Part shown: in pieces, positions 49,856 to 63,124 of the stretch
How positions within the stretch are numbered: position 1 is the first letter of the stretch
How the letters are laid out: the number at the start of each line of letters is the position of its first letter
Origin: Podarcis erhardii
Lineage: Eukaryota
Length of the DNA stretch: 64,000 nt
Reading direction: 5' to 3' (one strand)
NCBI GenBank assembly: GCA_964252035.1
Contig: OZ176205.1
Program-made: the position numbers and the translations under genes
The notes under the pieces: generated by a model
What the model saw: the letters and a program-made list of their open reading frames with translations, nothing else
The model's database searches: none
Told to the model about the DNA's origin: nothing

Positions 49856-49979
49856 AGTTGACCAGATTGTTGGGAGAGGGCCGTCAATGACAGATAAGGA
49901 CCGAACCAAAGGCCCAGGTGAAGGGGAGCCTCCTGAAGACCCAAGTATGATGGGCAGACTTGGAAAGGTGGAAAAACAG
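49856..49979 (+). CDS. KCNQ2: KCNQ2 exon (human exon 16 equivalent), [41 protein letters not shown]
   Basis: ctggtag|AGTTGACC...AAAACAG|gtatgt; 124 nt, phase 2-0. Confidence 0.97.
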
Positions 49980-50749
49980 GTATGTTGAAAATTTGTAAAT
50001 AATAATTAAAAAATTCATTAATGTGAATTTGTGGAGAAAGGGGGGTGGAGGAAGCAAGCAAGCAAGCAAGCCTCATTGTGTCACCTCTCCCTCTGAAGAA
50101 GCCGAGTAGATGATGAAGCTGATGAAGGCAGCTCTGGGAAGGGAGGAGCTAAATGGCAATTGATCGAATAGAGAGGGAGCCTCTCTGTTTTATTTCTCCA
50201 TCTGGTTCTCACCTCCCTCTTCCTTTGGTATATATGTCATGATGAATGCCCATCAAAGGAAGAAAAAAGATAAAAAACTTATTACCCAAGGGTGAATCTA
50301 AGCAAATGCTGTTACCATGTATGAGCCAAGATGCATATGGAAGGCTTAAGCCAAAGAGGCACGATAAGGAAGCATATACATCGAGTGTGGGAAACCTTTA
50401 GCTGTCAAGATGTTGCTGATCTACAACTCCCACCTGCCTCATCAAGCATGGTCAGTGGCTGAGCATGACTAGAGTTTCAGCACAGCAACATCTGGATGGT
50501 CAAATGTTCCCCCCACCTGGTATACATATTTGTGGTCTTGGCATTGGTTTGGTTGCAGAATTTATTGTCTCCTTGGGGTGCAGTTGGCTATACATTTGTA
50601 AGAGAATTTGGTGTGTTTTTTTCATGGATCAGGGGATGACTTGTCTGCAAAATAACATTTTAAAGATGAAGTTTGGGGTGAATCCAAAGTTGCTTGGGTC
50701 TAAAATGTTGTGGGTGCCCATGTATTGGGTCCTGTGTGGCATTTTCCAG

Positions 50750-51472
50750 GTCCAGTCCATGGAGAAGAAGCTGGACTTCCTGGTCAACATCTACATGCAA
50801 CGGATGGGGATCCCACCAAACGAAACAGAAGCCTACTTTGGGCCGAAGGAACCTGACCCAGCACCGCCCTACCACAGCCCAGAAGACAGCAGGGAGCACA
50901 TTGACAAAAACGGTTGCATCATCAAGATCATTCGCTCCACGAGTTCGATGGGACAGAAGAATTTCTCTGCACCTCCTGCCACAACGGTGCCAAACAACTC
51001 ATGCCCCCCTTCCACTTCTTGGCAGACATATCAACGGCAAAGCCACGGGACCTCCCCGGTTGGCGATGCTGGTTCTTTGGTGAGAATCCCACCTCCACCT
51101 TCTCACGAGCGCTCCTTCTCTGCCTACGGTGGTGGGAACAGGGCCAGCGCTGAGTACGCAAAGAACGAAGACATTACAGCTAAGCACCCAGAGAGTGCTC
51201 TGAGGGACAGCGACACCTCTATTTCTATCCCATCAGTGGACCATGAGGAACTGGAGCGTTCCTTCAGTGGGTTCAGCATCTCACAGTCCAAAGAAAATTT
51301 GGACGTCCTTAACAACGGTTGCTACACCGCTGTGGCCAAAATCAGACCTTACATAGCAGAAGGGGAGTCAGATACGGATTCTGACCTCTGCACACCCTGT
51401 GGGCCTCCGCCGAGGTCAGCAACTGGCGAGGGACCTTTCAGTGACATGGGCTGGTCAGCTCCTAGGCAGTGA
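50750..51472 (+). CDS. KCNQ2: KCNQ2 terminal coding exon (human exon 17 equivalent): helix D, distal C-terminus, ankyrin-G-binding motif [13 protein letters not shown], stop
   Basis: attttccag|GTCCAGTCCATGGAG...CAGTGA; [23 protein letters not shown]...GWSAPRQ* aligns to the KCNQ2 C-terminus. Confidence 0.99.
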   Translation, partial: VQSMEKKLDFLVNIYMQRMGIPPNETEAYFGPKEPDPAPPYHSPEDSREHIDKNGCIIKIIRSTSSMGQKNFSAPPATTVPNNSCPPSTSWQTYQRQSHGTSPVGDAGSLVRIPPPPSHERSFSAYGGGNRASAEYAKNEDITAKHPESALRDSDTSISIPSVDHEELERSFSGFSISQSKENLDVLNNGCYTAVAKIRPYIAEGESDTDSDLCTPCGPPPRSATGEGPFSDMGWSAPRQ

Positions 51473-54200
51473 AGGAAAAGAAAGCCACCTGAACACAACT
51501 TCAAGAGCATGGGGCAATTATGCTGTCCACATACCGGACATCTTCAGGAGATTGGGAGCTAATGTTCTGCAACCCAGAAATTGTGGGTGTTTTGCCACAG
51601 CTTGGTCCGGGGGCGGTGGGAGCAGAAGCTACGCCTACTCTCTCCAAAAAAAGAGAGGGGGCATTGTAGTGAATAATTTTGAAATGTCAGGATTTCATAC
51701 ATACCATCTTTCTAAACTAGATAGGTGAAACTGTGATCTTACTCCAGGGTAGGTAGCCGTGACTCTTGGTAATCTTTTAAGCTAAGAAGGCACACACATC
51801 ACTAAGACAGTGGTTGAGCAGTTGGTGAGACAATTTCTTCTTTTGACTAATGGCACCGAGCTATCAGGTCACACACAAAAAACATGCTAGTGTTACAAAA
51901 GAAACGTGTCACTAATTATGCCTTGGGGGGGGGGAGAAACAGAGCTGTAATGTACATTGATGAAAGGTGGTTTAATTATGATTGCAATTAGCTGGGAAGA
52001 GCCGTACATTGAACGATTGGTGTCCAAATGGCACAAACACAAATTTTCAGTGACAGAATTGTCTTGTGGTATTGGATTGGAGACAGGACCACAGCTTCAG
52101 TAGGTGTGCTTGAGCTCAAAGAACAGCAGTCTGTGTGGGATGTGAGACTGCTTTCACATGAGATGCTTTCATCCTTTCCTTTTTTTTAAAACAACAACAA
52201 CAATCACATCTGCAGGATAGCATCAAAACAGTTATTGATCTGCATGCTCAGAGGTTTAGATGTTTTTGCACTCTTTGGAATACTGTTTTCTACTGCAGGA
52301 GAGATCACACCTCCTTGGAAGGACAGTCCGTGTGCTGTGGTAGAGAAAGGGTTTTTGGAGCCGAGAAAGGTCCTAGGTCAGTTTGCAAGAACAGGGCCAT
52401 AATGATGCGCCCACCAGCTCATGCACATTTCATAGCCACATTTCTAGGGTCTCTTGTTCAAGTTTAGGGTGGCTGCTCCTCATGTTAGGTGACATAGTGG
52501 CTCTGTTCGTGAGCTCAAAAAAGGAAAGAGGCAAGTCTTCCTCGCAGAAGCAGACTTCAGGACAACATGAAGATAACGGCTTGCAACCCCTCCAAACACA
52601 GTGCAGATAAGAAGCGTGAAATTTCATAAGAAGGTGTGGCGGCAACTCCCGAGATCAGAAGTCCCACAGGAGTTGCGAAAGCAAGAAGACTCCAGTTGTG
52701 AGAGGGGCTTCACTTTATGGGGGAAGTTAAAACTGAGCTAAGGGCTGCTGGGCTCCATAGCTGAAAGAAGTTTGTGACTTCTGTGCTTTGCAATCAGCAG
52801 GGAATCTTTAGTGTTCACCCCACTTCTTGTGACGAAATCTGCTTCTCTCTAGCCTATCCACTCGCAGATGGTTGTCTCTCTTTTGTTAACCTTGTCCCAA
52901 GTCCAGAGCTGCTTGCCTCAATTTTGCTTGACGGACTTCCTTTCAGCTTCCAACCCAGATCCATTTTTGACCGTTGCCACTTGAAATGTCCTGCATTCCC
53001 CCCACTCTCACCAATTATATTAAAAGTTGGAAATGTTCAAATAGGGAAAGGCTAGGAGGGAGAATAGATGTGCAAAGCTAGCAGGGAGAATTTCCAAGGG
53101 CCTTATCAAAATGTTTGGCGTTGTTCAGAGAAGGGCACTGTCTTTCTGTTGACAGCAGATTCACATTGCGGGCTTCTCCCAAGACTTATCTTCCAGAGTT
53201 TCAGCATGGTCTGAACTGTTTCAAAATCCACTTTATGGGAAACAGTGAGGGAATACCCCACTTCCCATTTTCTTTGCTAGCCTTCACTCTCAAATATACA
53301 TGATGCAGATGACAGAATGAAATCACAACACAGATGAGTTTGTCAGCTTCCAACTGTGATATGTGAAGACAGCTCTGATACTCTCTTGGTCAGCGTAGAC
53401 ATTTTCAGATCTGGCCACCCAGCGAGTAAAGTCAGTTTAGTAGTCCAGAAGGTTCACAACATAAAAAGCCAGGAGAAAGCAGGCCCTTGTTCTGCTTTTT
53501 AATATTTCCCATGATGCAGATTTTCATGAGATCGCCCTAAACAGGAAGTGATGTAGTGAATGTACAGATGAGAACAGCCCAGATAAAGAGTTATGTTAAT
53601 CTGCTACAACAAAGCCAAGAGACTCTTAGAACATTTTAAAGATTAATAGATTTATTGTGGCATGTGTTTTGGGATGCAAAATTACATTCAGTTAGAGAAA
53701 TCTTAGCCAATTAATCATATGCGCTTTAATCCGCATAAATGTGCACGGAAATAAATAAAACGGAAGTTCTGAAGAATAAAAACTCTTATCAAATAATGCA
53801 TGAGTAATCACCACCTCAGAAGAAGCAGTAGTTACTCTTTGGTGAGTCAGAAGGAGAAATAACCTGTCAGAGAAAGAATTTGTAATTTTCCTTAAAAGAA
53901 GACATTTTTCTACTTATAAAAACCTCCCTTGATGCGGGGGGGGGGGGCTTTTAAATATTGGTTGATTAGCATTTCCAAGCAGTGTGCATAAACACAAACC
54001 ACACAGAGAATAAAGCAAGAAAAAATCAGCACAAACCCAAACATTACCCTAATATTTATTCATTTAAGGCATTGAAATGTAATTTAAAAATTGCACCAGT
54101 ATGGTATGTGTATACATACACACACACACACACACACAGACAAGCCTGCAACTAATATGATTGAGAGAACAAAATGTTTTGGAAACTGTAGGAATAAACA
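51473..54200 (+). other. KCNQ2: KCNQ2 3' UTR (end not determinable; AATAAA cluster around 53750-54200)
   Basis: Follows the stop codon; several AATAAA hexamers near 53750, 53780, 54010 and 54195; the actual cleavage site cannot be seen. Confidence 0.4.
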
Positions 54201-54974
54201 CATATGGAAAATATGCATGAGTCAACCGACTGAAAGAAATACCTTTCAGTCACAATGAAACCATAGGTTGAACTGGGGTTCAAGTAGATTGACATCAGCC
54301 ATAAGTTGTTATGAGAGTTCATCAACTTATATTGTGATTCGGGCTTCCAGTACAGCAGCCTTGCATTCTAGCTGCCTATTAAACTTCCTTTGCTTGTTTA
54401 CAGTGGTCTGTAACGGAAAGTATGTTACAGAAATGGAAATGTCCCCCTTCCACTGATTTGTCTATGCTGCCCTATCAGATTTGTGCTCACTGATCTGCCT
54501 TGCACAGGGACAGTCTTGTTTGTCCCATGCAAACCGTACAGGGGGACTGCTGATAGCAAGTGATGGCAAGCATCAGGCTGCAGGAACAGGTGCCTAGATT
54601 TTTATTCAGTCCTCTGATGGTGAACTGAACCTAAAACCTGTCTGTGCAAACACATCCCAAGCGTTCCCGTTCCCTGAGCCACTTTTTAAAAAATATCAAG
54701 GTTTGTTTGTTAACTTTCCTTAAAGAAGAAAGAGAGGAAGCAAATTTACAACTGCCAAGGATTTTTGACATAAGGAATAATGGCATTAAAGGCACAGCGC
54801 AAGGTTATGGTGTTGGTGGCATTCCAGTTGAAATACAACCTGAGACATATTCATTATGAGAATGTTAGGAGGGTCGAATAAGAAGTCTTCTCCTTCATCC
54901 TAGAATCTTCTGGTTGTGATAATTGAGTTTCTGGGAGGATGTTTTTGGGGCAGAGTTAATACCAAATATAAATA

Positions 54975-55227
54975 CCGTATTTTTCGTTCTATAAGACGCA
55001 CCAGACCATAAGACGCACCTAGTTTTTGGAGGAGGAAAACAAGAAAAAAAAAAAATTCTGAATCCCAGAAGCCAGAACAGCAAGAGGAATCGCTGCGCAG
55101 CAATCCCTCTTGCTGTTCTGGCTTCTGGGATAGCTGAGCAGCCTGCATTCGCTCCATAAGATGCACACACATTTCCCCTTACTTTTTAGGAGGGAAAAAA
55201 GTGAGTGTTATAGAGCAAAAAATACGG
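54975..55227. mobile_element. Tc2-like (CCGTA) MITE
   Basis: TIRs ccgtatttttcgttctataa / ttatagagcaaaaaatacgg; TA flanks; related to 23031-23490. Confidence 0.85.
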
Positions 55228-58200
55228 TACGCTGTATTTATTCATTGCAGCGTAGTTGTTGACCTTCCGTAGGCACAATATTATGTGCCTTATAGTAAGT
55301 CTAAAGGGAGACAAACACAATCTTTTGATAGCTTATTAACCAAGCTTATATTTTTGGTTCCGAGATAACGCCACTCATAACCTCTCCCCACTGCTGAAAT
55401 ACCCTAGAAAACTCATTTTATATGAGTGTGTGCTTCTCAGGCTAGCATTCAGCTTTGGCCCACAAAGGCATGCCAAGCAAGACATGTAGGAAACAATGCC
55501 TTGTGTATAGCTCCGCGCTCCCAAAATTTTGCCAAGGGAAGATTGCAAAACATAATATTCATATGCAAATGCTAGCAAGCAAATCCACCATCTCAGTAGG
55601 TTTGGCAGGCGATACTGATATACTGACCATCTGTGATGGCAGCACATCATATTTTTATTGTGGAAGAAAATGTCTAAATATAAACCTCTGTTGGATAAGT
55701 TGAGACATCTAATATCTAAATGGTAGTAGTAGTAGTTAGCATGCATGGAGCACTTTGGAATGGTCAAAGTGCTTTGCATAGATTACAGTGGTTAGCCTTA
55801 CAAGAATCCTGTAAGGTACCTTTGTTTTATCCCTATTTCAACTCCATTATTTTTTTTTAAAAAATGGTTGTCATTCAGCCCTGGGAGGTGCCATAAACAT
55901 GGTTTCTCTTGCACAAGCAACGTGGGCTGTTCTGGACTGCAGCCCTGTTGTTTTGAATGTGATCCACTTGTAGATGTCATTCCAATGAGCATCCACATTC
56001 CAATGAACATTCACAAATCACACGTTGCCACCTCATTGACTATAGAGCATAAGGACCTCTGTTGACTCATTTGTGTGTTGTGCATTAGGGCCTCTTTCCT
56101 TGTCGATGCTGACCAATGCCCCTATTTATTTTTAGAAATGAATAGAGAGAAATATTTCACCCTTTCTTATAACCAGAGTCAAGCAATAAAGCTGATAAGC
56201 AGTAGATTCAGGAGAGAGACATAAGAGAGTATTTCTTTCCACGGTGCATATTTAACTCGTGGAAATGCCACAAGATGGGGTGATGAATTTAAAACAGATT
56301 ATGCAAACTTATGGAAGAGAAAATCTCTCTGTTTTGTGGGCCCTGGATAGCTAAATTGAAGCTCCATTTAGCATCTCTGAATACCAAGTTTTTTTGGGTG
56401 GGGAGAGGAGAGAACAGAACAGAGAGTGGGGCTATTGTCTTCATGCTTGGCTTGTGGGCTTTTCAGAACCATCCAGGTGTTGGGAACAGTGGGCTAGATT
56501 GTCTGATGCAGCAGATTTATTTCAGTCTTATGTAAAAATTCAGCTAGTTTCCTTGAAATCTAGCTACTAAGCTCTTGCAAAACCTGCCCTAATTGCCAGT
56601 AACATTGTTCAGCACCTTGAGTGAAGGCAGACATATCTGATCTGATCAGCAAAGAGTATTGAGCGGGGGTTAATAAAATAATTTAAATTAGTAAAGAAAT
56701 TATTCTAACATTGCTATTCTATATAGTGTGTTGCCTGCACTGGCAATTTTTGAGGTACCTCCTGATTTAATGATTCTAGGAACACAATCAGAGCTTGCCT
56801 TTCTCCAAAAGTGATTGCATCTTCTCCAGTGTGCTCCGTTACATGTCATAAGCCTGCGATGAAATTATTTCATAGATACCATCAGATAATGTATACAGTA
56901 TTAAAACATAACTTGCCAGTTGCGTGTCTAAGCCACATAGCTGGACAGAAAGAGAAATATCTCCCTTTGTTGTTATGAGGAATGCTGCATCTGAATGCTT
57001 ATATTTACCTATGGAACAATATTTTTAACAGGAAGCAAAACATGGGACTGTTTAAAGGGGGGGAAATGTATAGGAAAATAGATAGGAAAGCAGAATAGTG
57101 ACTGTTAAGAAGCCTGCTTGTCGATAATGTGTCTCTGTGTACGCACCATTTGCTTCTCATCAAGGCTGTGAATTATTGTATGAGAAAGAATCTGTCTGCA
57201 TTTCCCCTCTGATGTTCTGCAAGAGAAGAGGGAGGGACAGAAGCCATAAGAGAAATCAGTCGGGGGGCGATGGTGAAAGAAGACGAGGCATTGCCCACAA
57301 GTGTAGACTCCAGGAAGAGAGGCAGTTTGCTTGCCTGCTCATGGAAATCTCTGGGCACAACTCTGCAAATGTGCTCACAGCTCTGTGTGGGGAGAGGGCC
57401 ATTGACAATTCCTACAATAGCCCCCTTGAAATGTTCTTATTAGAAATACCCCATCTCCCCACACATTCTGGCCAAAGGGTAAGCCCCAATGGAAGAGAGA
57501 GAGGCCTTGGATTATTTTTTTGCCCTGACTATAAAGAGGTGCAGAGATGACCCCCAACTTGGATAGCTTTAACAGAGGGTTTGTGCCATATAACTTCCTG
57601 GCGGTTTCTGCCTGAAGCCAATACAGCATTAGCTGCCAAATTATGCATACAGTACCACAATCTGTATGTAAGTCTTAATATATGCCTCAACAGAAACACA
57701 TGGGCAGAGTTGTCACTGAGGTGGTAACACCTGTGGTTTGGGATGTGCCACTTCAGTCTTTAGGTGGAAGCTCATATTCTGAGAGCAGGAGAAACCCATT
57801 TATTACTCCACCGATGGAAGTCAAGCCCACAGGTTCTGCAAGCACTGGGACCAGCCTTATACCAAGCCAGGCCACAGGTCTACCTAGGTCAGTGCTGTTG
57901 ACAAAGACTGGCAGCAGCTCTCCAAGATTTCAGGCCAGACATTCTCCCAGCCCTTCCTGGAAATGCCAGGGGTTTGACCCTAGATATTCTACATGCATGT
58001 GGTCTACTACTGATTAACAACCCTTCCCCTCAGTCTAAGCCCATTGCCTGTCACAAACCTGAGTTGCAGCGGGGGGGACGGGACCCAAGAGCCCTCAGGA
58101 AACTTGCAAGGGGAACACAGCAAGGAGAACTCGCCTATCCTATTTCCTAGGACAGACTTCCATTCAGCAAAAGCTTTGCAGGGCTGATTTGTTTGGGAAA

Positions 58201-61200
58201 GAGATGTTTGCTTGCCCTTCCTGTGCTAACATTCGCACATATTTTGAAACCTATCTAGAGAATTTGGAGGCGACTCTCAGCACTTGACGGTGACATTTGA
58301 ATATTAGTCCTCCTAAAACCGTTAGGGAAAATTACCCTTCTACAGCAAGACAGCAGCCTATGCAGCTGTTCACATGAGGTGCCAATATGCACTGGTAGGG
58401 CAGGGGGCATCTACACTGTGATTGAAATGCATTGAACTGGCCGGTTGAGTCTGTTGATCTGTTGATTGGATGGGGATGTGCATGTATACATACTGTCGGC
58501 AGTTGTTAACACATCCATGGTTGCCCACGAGTGTAGCTGGACCAGGGCAAGAGGGTCCTATGCTATCTGAATAGCTACATCATTTACAACTTCTTCACCA
58601 GTCTCTTATGATCAGAAACCTTTGCATATGGAGCACAGGATGAATCACAGACTAATTGCTATTGGAGCGCATTTTTCATGGCGGCATCCATCCGTTACTA
58701 CCAGGGGTATCCAACAAGGTGCCCCCCAGATATTGCTGGACATCATCATCCCTGACCATTGGCCAAGTTGGCTGGGAGTTGGAGTCCAGTAACATCTGGA
58801 ATTTGACACATTGACAAATACTCCTGCATTATTAGGCAATCCGAGTGAGATGGCTTAGTGGTTGATATAATATAATGACTATGTTTTATGGATTGTGATG
58901 GATTTCCGAGCAGAGTGAAATTGCTGTTCTATTAGGTTTGCCCACCAAGGGGGTTCCCTCAGCCCTCTTCTATTGCACGCTGTTCACCGCACACACTCAA
59001 CCAAGCATCCAATCTGGAGTCGTCATTTTGACAGCGAAGACGGCTAATCTGCTTCCTTTCGTTTGCTCTGTTGCCTTGGCTTTCTTGCACATTCATTCCT
59101 GCTCCAAAGAATATTTCATAATGCCTTTGGTACTGACGTACAATTTTAAGACATTTTTTGTATTGTATCGAATGGGACACACTTTATCTTGTATTATATA
59201 GCAATTGGAAACTTTATTATTTTCCCTTTGTTGAATGTGTAACTTTTACTGTAAATTTCAAAAGAAAAAAAAGGAAGAAGAAAAAAAGTATGGACTATTT
59301 CCTTCCATTGTATTCCATCCTTTCTCAAGTCAGAGTACAATAATGTTGGGGCTTTGGAGTGAAGGGCAAGTATACACCAACAAGAACAAGAACAAGTGGG
59401 GGGGGGAATAATAAAACATTATTGTGATGGTTCTAGGGGTTGCTCGTGCGTAAACCGGTGCCACACCTGGCTGGGTTGTCTGAGTGAACCTTTTCTGTCC
59501 GGACAGCCACTCGCCCGTGGCTGTCTCAATCGCTGGCAGAATCCGTCAGTGGGCGTTTCTTGAACTTCTTCCAGCAAAGAAGCTCTTTGACGCCTCGTCT
59601 CTGCCTACTCTCCCTGCGCGGAAGCCTTCTGCGCAAGGAGGGTGTGGGCAGCGGAGGACCCGTGCTCTACCCGCTGGTCCCCGGCGAGGAGTCATGGGAC
59701 CGCCTCGCCGATTCCCCCATCTGCCCCCCTTCTCCACTGGTGCTACGCTGATTTCCTTCCCCAGAAGATGGGCTGCTTCTCCTCATCCCGGGACGCTCTC
59801 CGGAATCCCTCTGGAGCCCTCTCTCTTCCTCTGGCTCTGATGGCAGTTCCCTGACAATTATCAAATTAAAATGCAGCTTTCACTTGTTTAACCCTGACCA
59901 TTAAGGTCAACCTAAACAAGAAAGTCTTAGGGCCAAACAACAAAGGATAAAGGAAGCAGCCTTATACATAGTCATGGGCTCATCTAACTTAGTGCTTTCT
60001 GCACTGACTGGCAGGTGGTCTCCAGGGAGATGCTAAGGATTGAATTTAGGACCTTCTATATGCAAAACAGATGTTCTACCCACTAAGCTATGGCCGTTCT
60101 CCAAGCATAACAAGGCAGAATGGTTTGTGGGTTTTTTTCACTGCCAGGGGTAGGGACATTTTTATTTAATCAGGGCAAAGACTGGGAACAAGGGACAAGA
60201 TACTAGTACCCTGTAGTTCCCTCCTTCAGATGGGGGAAAGGAATACAAACCACACATTTTAAAATTGCTTTTAGCTTAGAGAAAAGGCAAGTGAGAGGAA
60301 ACATGAGAGTGGTGTGTCAAATTACACTTGGGTGTGAAAAAAGTGGACAGAGCAAAGTTTCGCTCTCTCTTAACACTAGAACACATGGATTTCCAATGAA
60401 ATGACTTCTTCCCACAATGCGTGGAATTTTCTCCCACAAGAAGTAGTGATGGCCACCAACTTGGATGACTTTAAAAGAAGATTGGGTTCATTCATGGAGG
60501 AGAAGGTTATCAGAGGCTACTAGATGATGGCTATGTTCTTCCTTCACTGCTGGAGGCAGGAATGCTTCTGAATACCAAGTGGGGGCTGTTGAACTCAGGT
60601 CCTGTCAGAAAGCCACAAGGGCAACAGTGATAAAAGGCCAAACAGAGAGGCCTGGAGAGCAGCATTTGGTCCCTGTCCTGAGGCTCACCATCCTTGGCCA
60701 AGAGTATTGGTAGACAAACTATTTCAGCTGAAGACCCACAGTCCCTCATCGCTAAACCTCTGAGTGCCACGTGCCAGTGATGGATGGAGGCAACAAGGAG
60801 TGTAGATGAGGTCACCCACACTCTCTCTCTCACACATGCAAACATCTATGTGTCTCTACGCAGATGCATACACACATGCACACATGTAGGCATGAGGATA
60901 CGCCCCCTGTGCTGCAATTGGAGCTAAACAGCTTAAAAGTTCTGACGGTCACGCCTTTTCAGCTTCCAGCATCCCATATTCACATGTGTCCTAACAGTGT
61001 GCCAGAGAAACATGCTAAGTTCCCAGAAGTTTGTGTTAGAAAAAGGCAATAAAGGCTACAGAATTCTCTTTGTGAGGCCAAGAGTGCTGGGCCTAATAAG
61101 TCTGTAGTGTTTCAAGACAGTTGGAACAGAGGGCTTGGCTTCCAAACATACATAGGCAATATGAGTCTGTCTAGTTGAAACAGATAATCCAGGATATTTG

Positions 61201-61432
61201 CAACACCCTGCAGTGAGTGGAATGGAGCTCACCCTATAGACACTGTAGACCCTATAGACCCTATAGACTAGTACACTTTGTGGAGTGCTCAAGCATTCTT
61301 TTCACCAAATCAAGAAGAGGGTGAAACAGTAGGGGGTCTCTCTCTCTCTCCCCCCCCTCTCTCTCTCTCTCTGTTCTAATACTATGTAGAAAGATGGAGA
61401 ATCATGTTTAAAAGTCAGGAAAAATAAGGAAG

Positions 61433-61476
61433 AAACAAACAAACAAACAAACAAACAAACAAACAAACAAACAAAC
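61433..61476. repeat. (AAAC)n microsatellite
   Basis: Direct reading. Confidence 0.95.
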
Positions 61477-61597
61477 AGGAAGGATCTCTGATGAGGTGGA
61501 AGAACAGGGCAGCTTAAGGAGACATCGGGTGGTACATAAAATGAGGCCAGAACTGCAGGTCTCACACCTCTTCTCTATAACCACAGAATGTAAACCA

Positions 61598-61618
61598 GTC
61601 AGCACCACGGACAGCTAA
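61598..61618 (+). promoter_or_regulatory. RE1/NRSE element (REST/NRSF binding site)
   Basis: GTCAGCACCACGGACAGCTAA; TCAGCACCACGGACAGC matches the canonical RE1 core with the 2-bp spacer. Confidence 0.8.
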
Positions 61619-62347
61619 GTGTTTTAAGAGACGTGGATCATCCCAAAGGGTCTTGGCCTGCACTTATTCATGAACAGTAGAAGGTCAAGCAGTTACTGCT
61701 GTAGGAATGTAAGGAGCTGTACTGGATCAGACCAAAGGGACCATCTGCTCTAGCCTCCTGTTCCAACCGTGGCCAACCAGATGCCTAATAGGAAGCCCAT
61801 AAGCAGGCTATGAATGTAACTGTCAAACTCAATGGGGTTAGGTCTGAGTGGACCTTCGCAGGGAATTCTAATTAGAGTTAGCCTTGGTGAAAATTGAAGC
61901 AGGTACATTCTTATTCTGGATAGGCTGTGCCTATCACGGGCTCTGGCACCACCCACTGTGACCTCCAATATACAAACCCTAAGGAAATGCGGCCTTACAT
62001 AGGAAAAGGGTTGCCCACCTCTGCTTGGAGAGCAATAGAGAAGAATTCCTTCTCCCATCACATGATTGCTTGTTGATCAGTCATCCCAGCACCTCCTTTG
62101 GGAAATTCACTCCCAATAGAAAGCCACTCTGAATTTTTCTGAATTTAACACTACAACCTCCCCTTTTACAATAGCTCAAGTTCAGCTGTAGGCAATTCCT
62201 CAAATTCTGTAATTGCCATCATTTTTTTAAAAAATATATGTAATAAATCAGTTTTTTGGGGGAAATACCCAGTGGATATTTTCAAATATATTATGGTTCT
62301 GTATTTGGACTGCCAGCTGTCTTATAGCAACGAAGGGCTGGATTCAG

Positions 62348-62348
62348 C

Positions 62349-62397
<49 letters not shown>

Positions 62398-62770
62398 TTA
62401 TTTGTACCCCGCCCATCTGGCTGGGCTTCCCCAGCCACTCTGGGCGGCTTCCAAAAAAATATTAAATACTCTAATACATCAAACATTAAAAACTTCCCTG
62501 AACAGGGTTGCCTTCAGATGTCTTCTAAAAGTCTGGTAGTTGTTGTTCTCTTTGACATCTGGTGGGAGCCACTACCGAGAAGGCCCTCTGCCTGGTTCCC
62601 TGTAACTTGGCTTCTCACAGTGAGGGACCCGTCAGAAGGCCCTCGGAACTGGACCTCAGTGTCCGGGCAGAACGATGGGGGTGGAGACGCTCCTTCAGGT
62701 ATACAGGACCGAGGCCGTTTAGGGCTTTAAAGGTCAGCACCAATACTTTGAGTTGTGCTCGGAAACGTAA
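62348..62770 (-). mobile_element. L2 LINE 3' fragment with (AAT)n tail
   Basis: Minus-strand FRAQLKVLVLTFKALNGLGPVYLKERLHPHRSARTLRSS; microsatellite tail 62348-62396. Confidence 0.9.
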
Positions 62771-63124
62771 TGGGTTACACACAATTATTTCAACTAGGGC
62801 AACTGGGCTTTTCTCCCCTTCTCCTCCTCTCATGTACCCCATGCACCCCAAATTAGAGAATCCCAGAATAGCATGCAGAAGGAGGAGGGGTGGGGGTAGT
62901 TTCATCAGGTGAAAAGAAATGCTTGAGCTGACAGAGCACTCTGCTTAGTACTGAATTCCTCTAATAGGAAACTCCCTTATGCCAGGTCAGACCATTAGTC
63001 CCTGTAGCTCAGTATTGTCTGCACTAGGCTTCCTCAACCTTGGCCCTCCAGATGTCTTGAGACTACAGTTCCCATCATCCCTGACCACTGGTCCTGCTAG
63101 CTAGGGACCATGGGAGTTGTAGGT

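Noticed and set aside
50465-50749. N-terminal 95 aa of the 335-aa ORF
   Set aside because: Intronic read-through upstream of the true acceptor at 50749; no KCNQ2 similarity
62722-62745. tcagcacc RE1 half-site
   Set aside because: Part of the L2 consensus (aaggtcagcaccaa); the second half-site is absent
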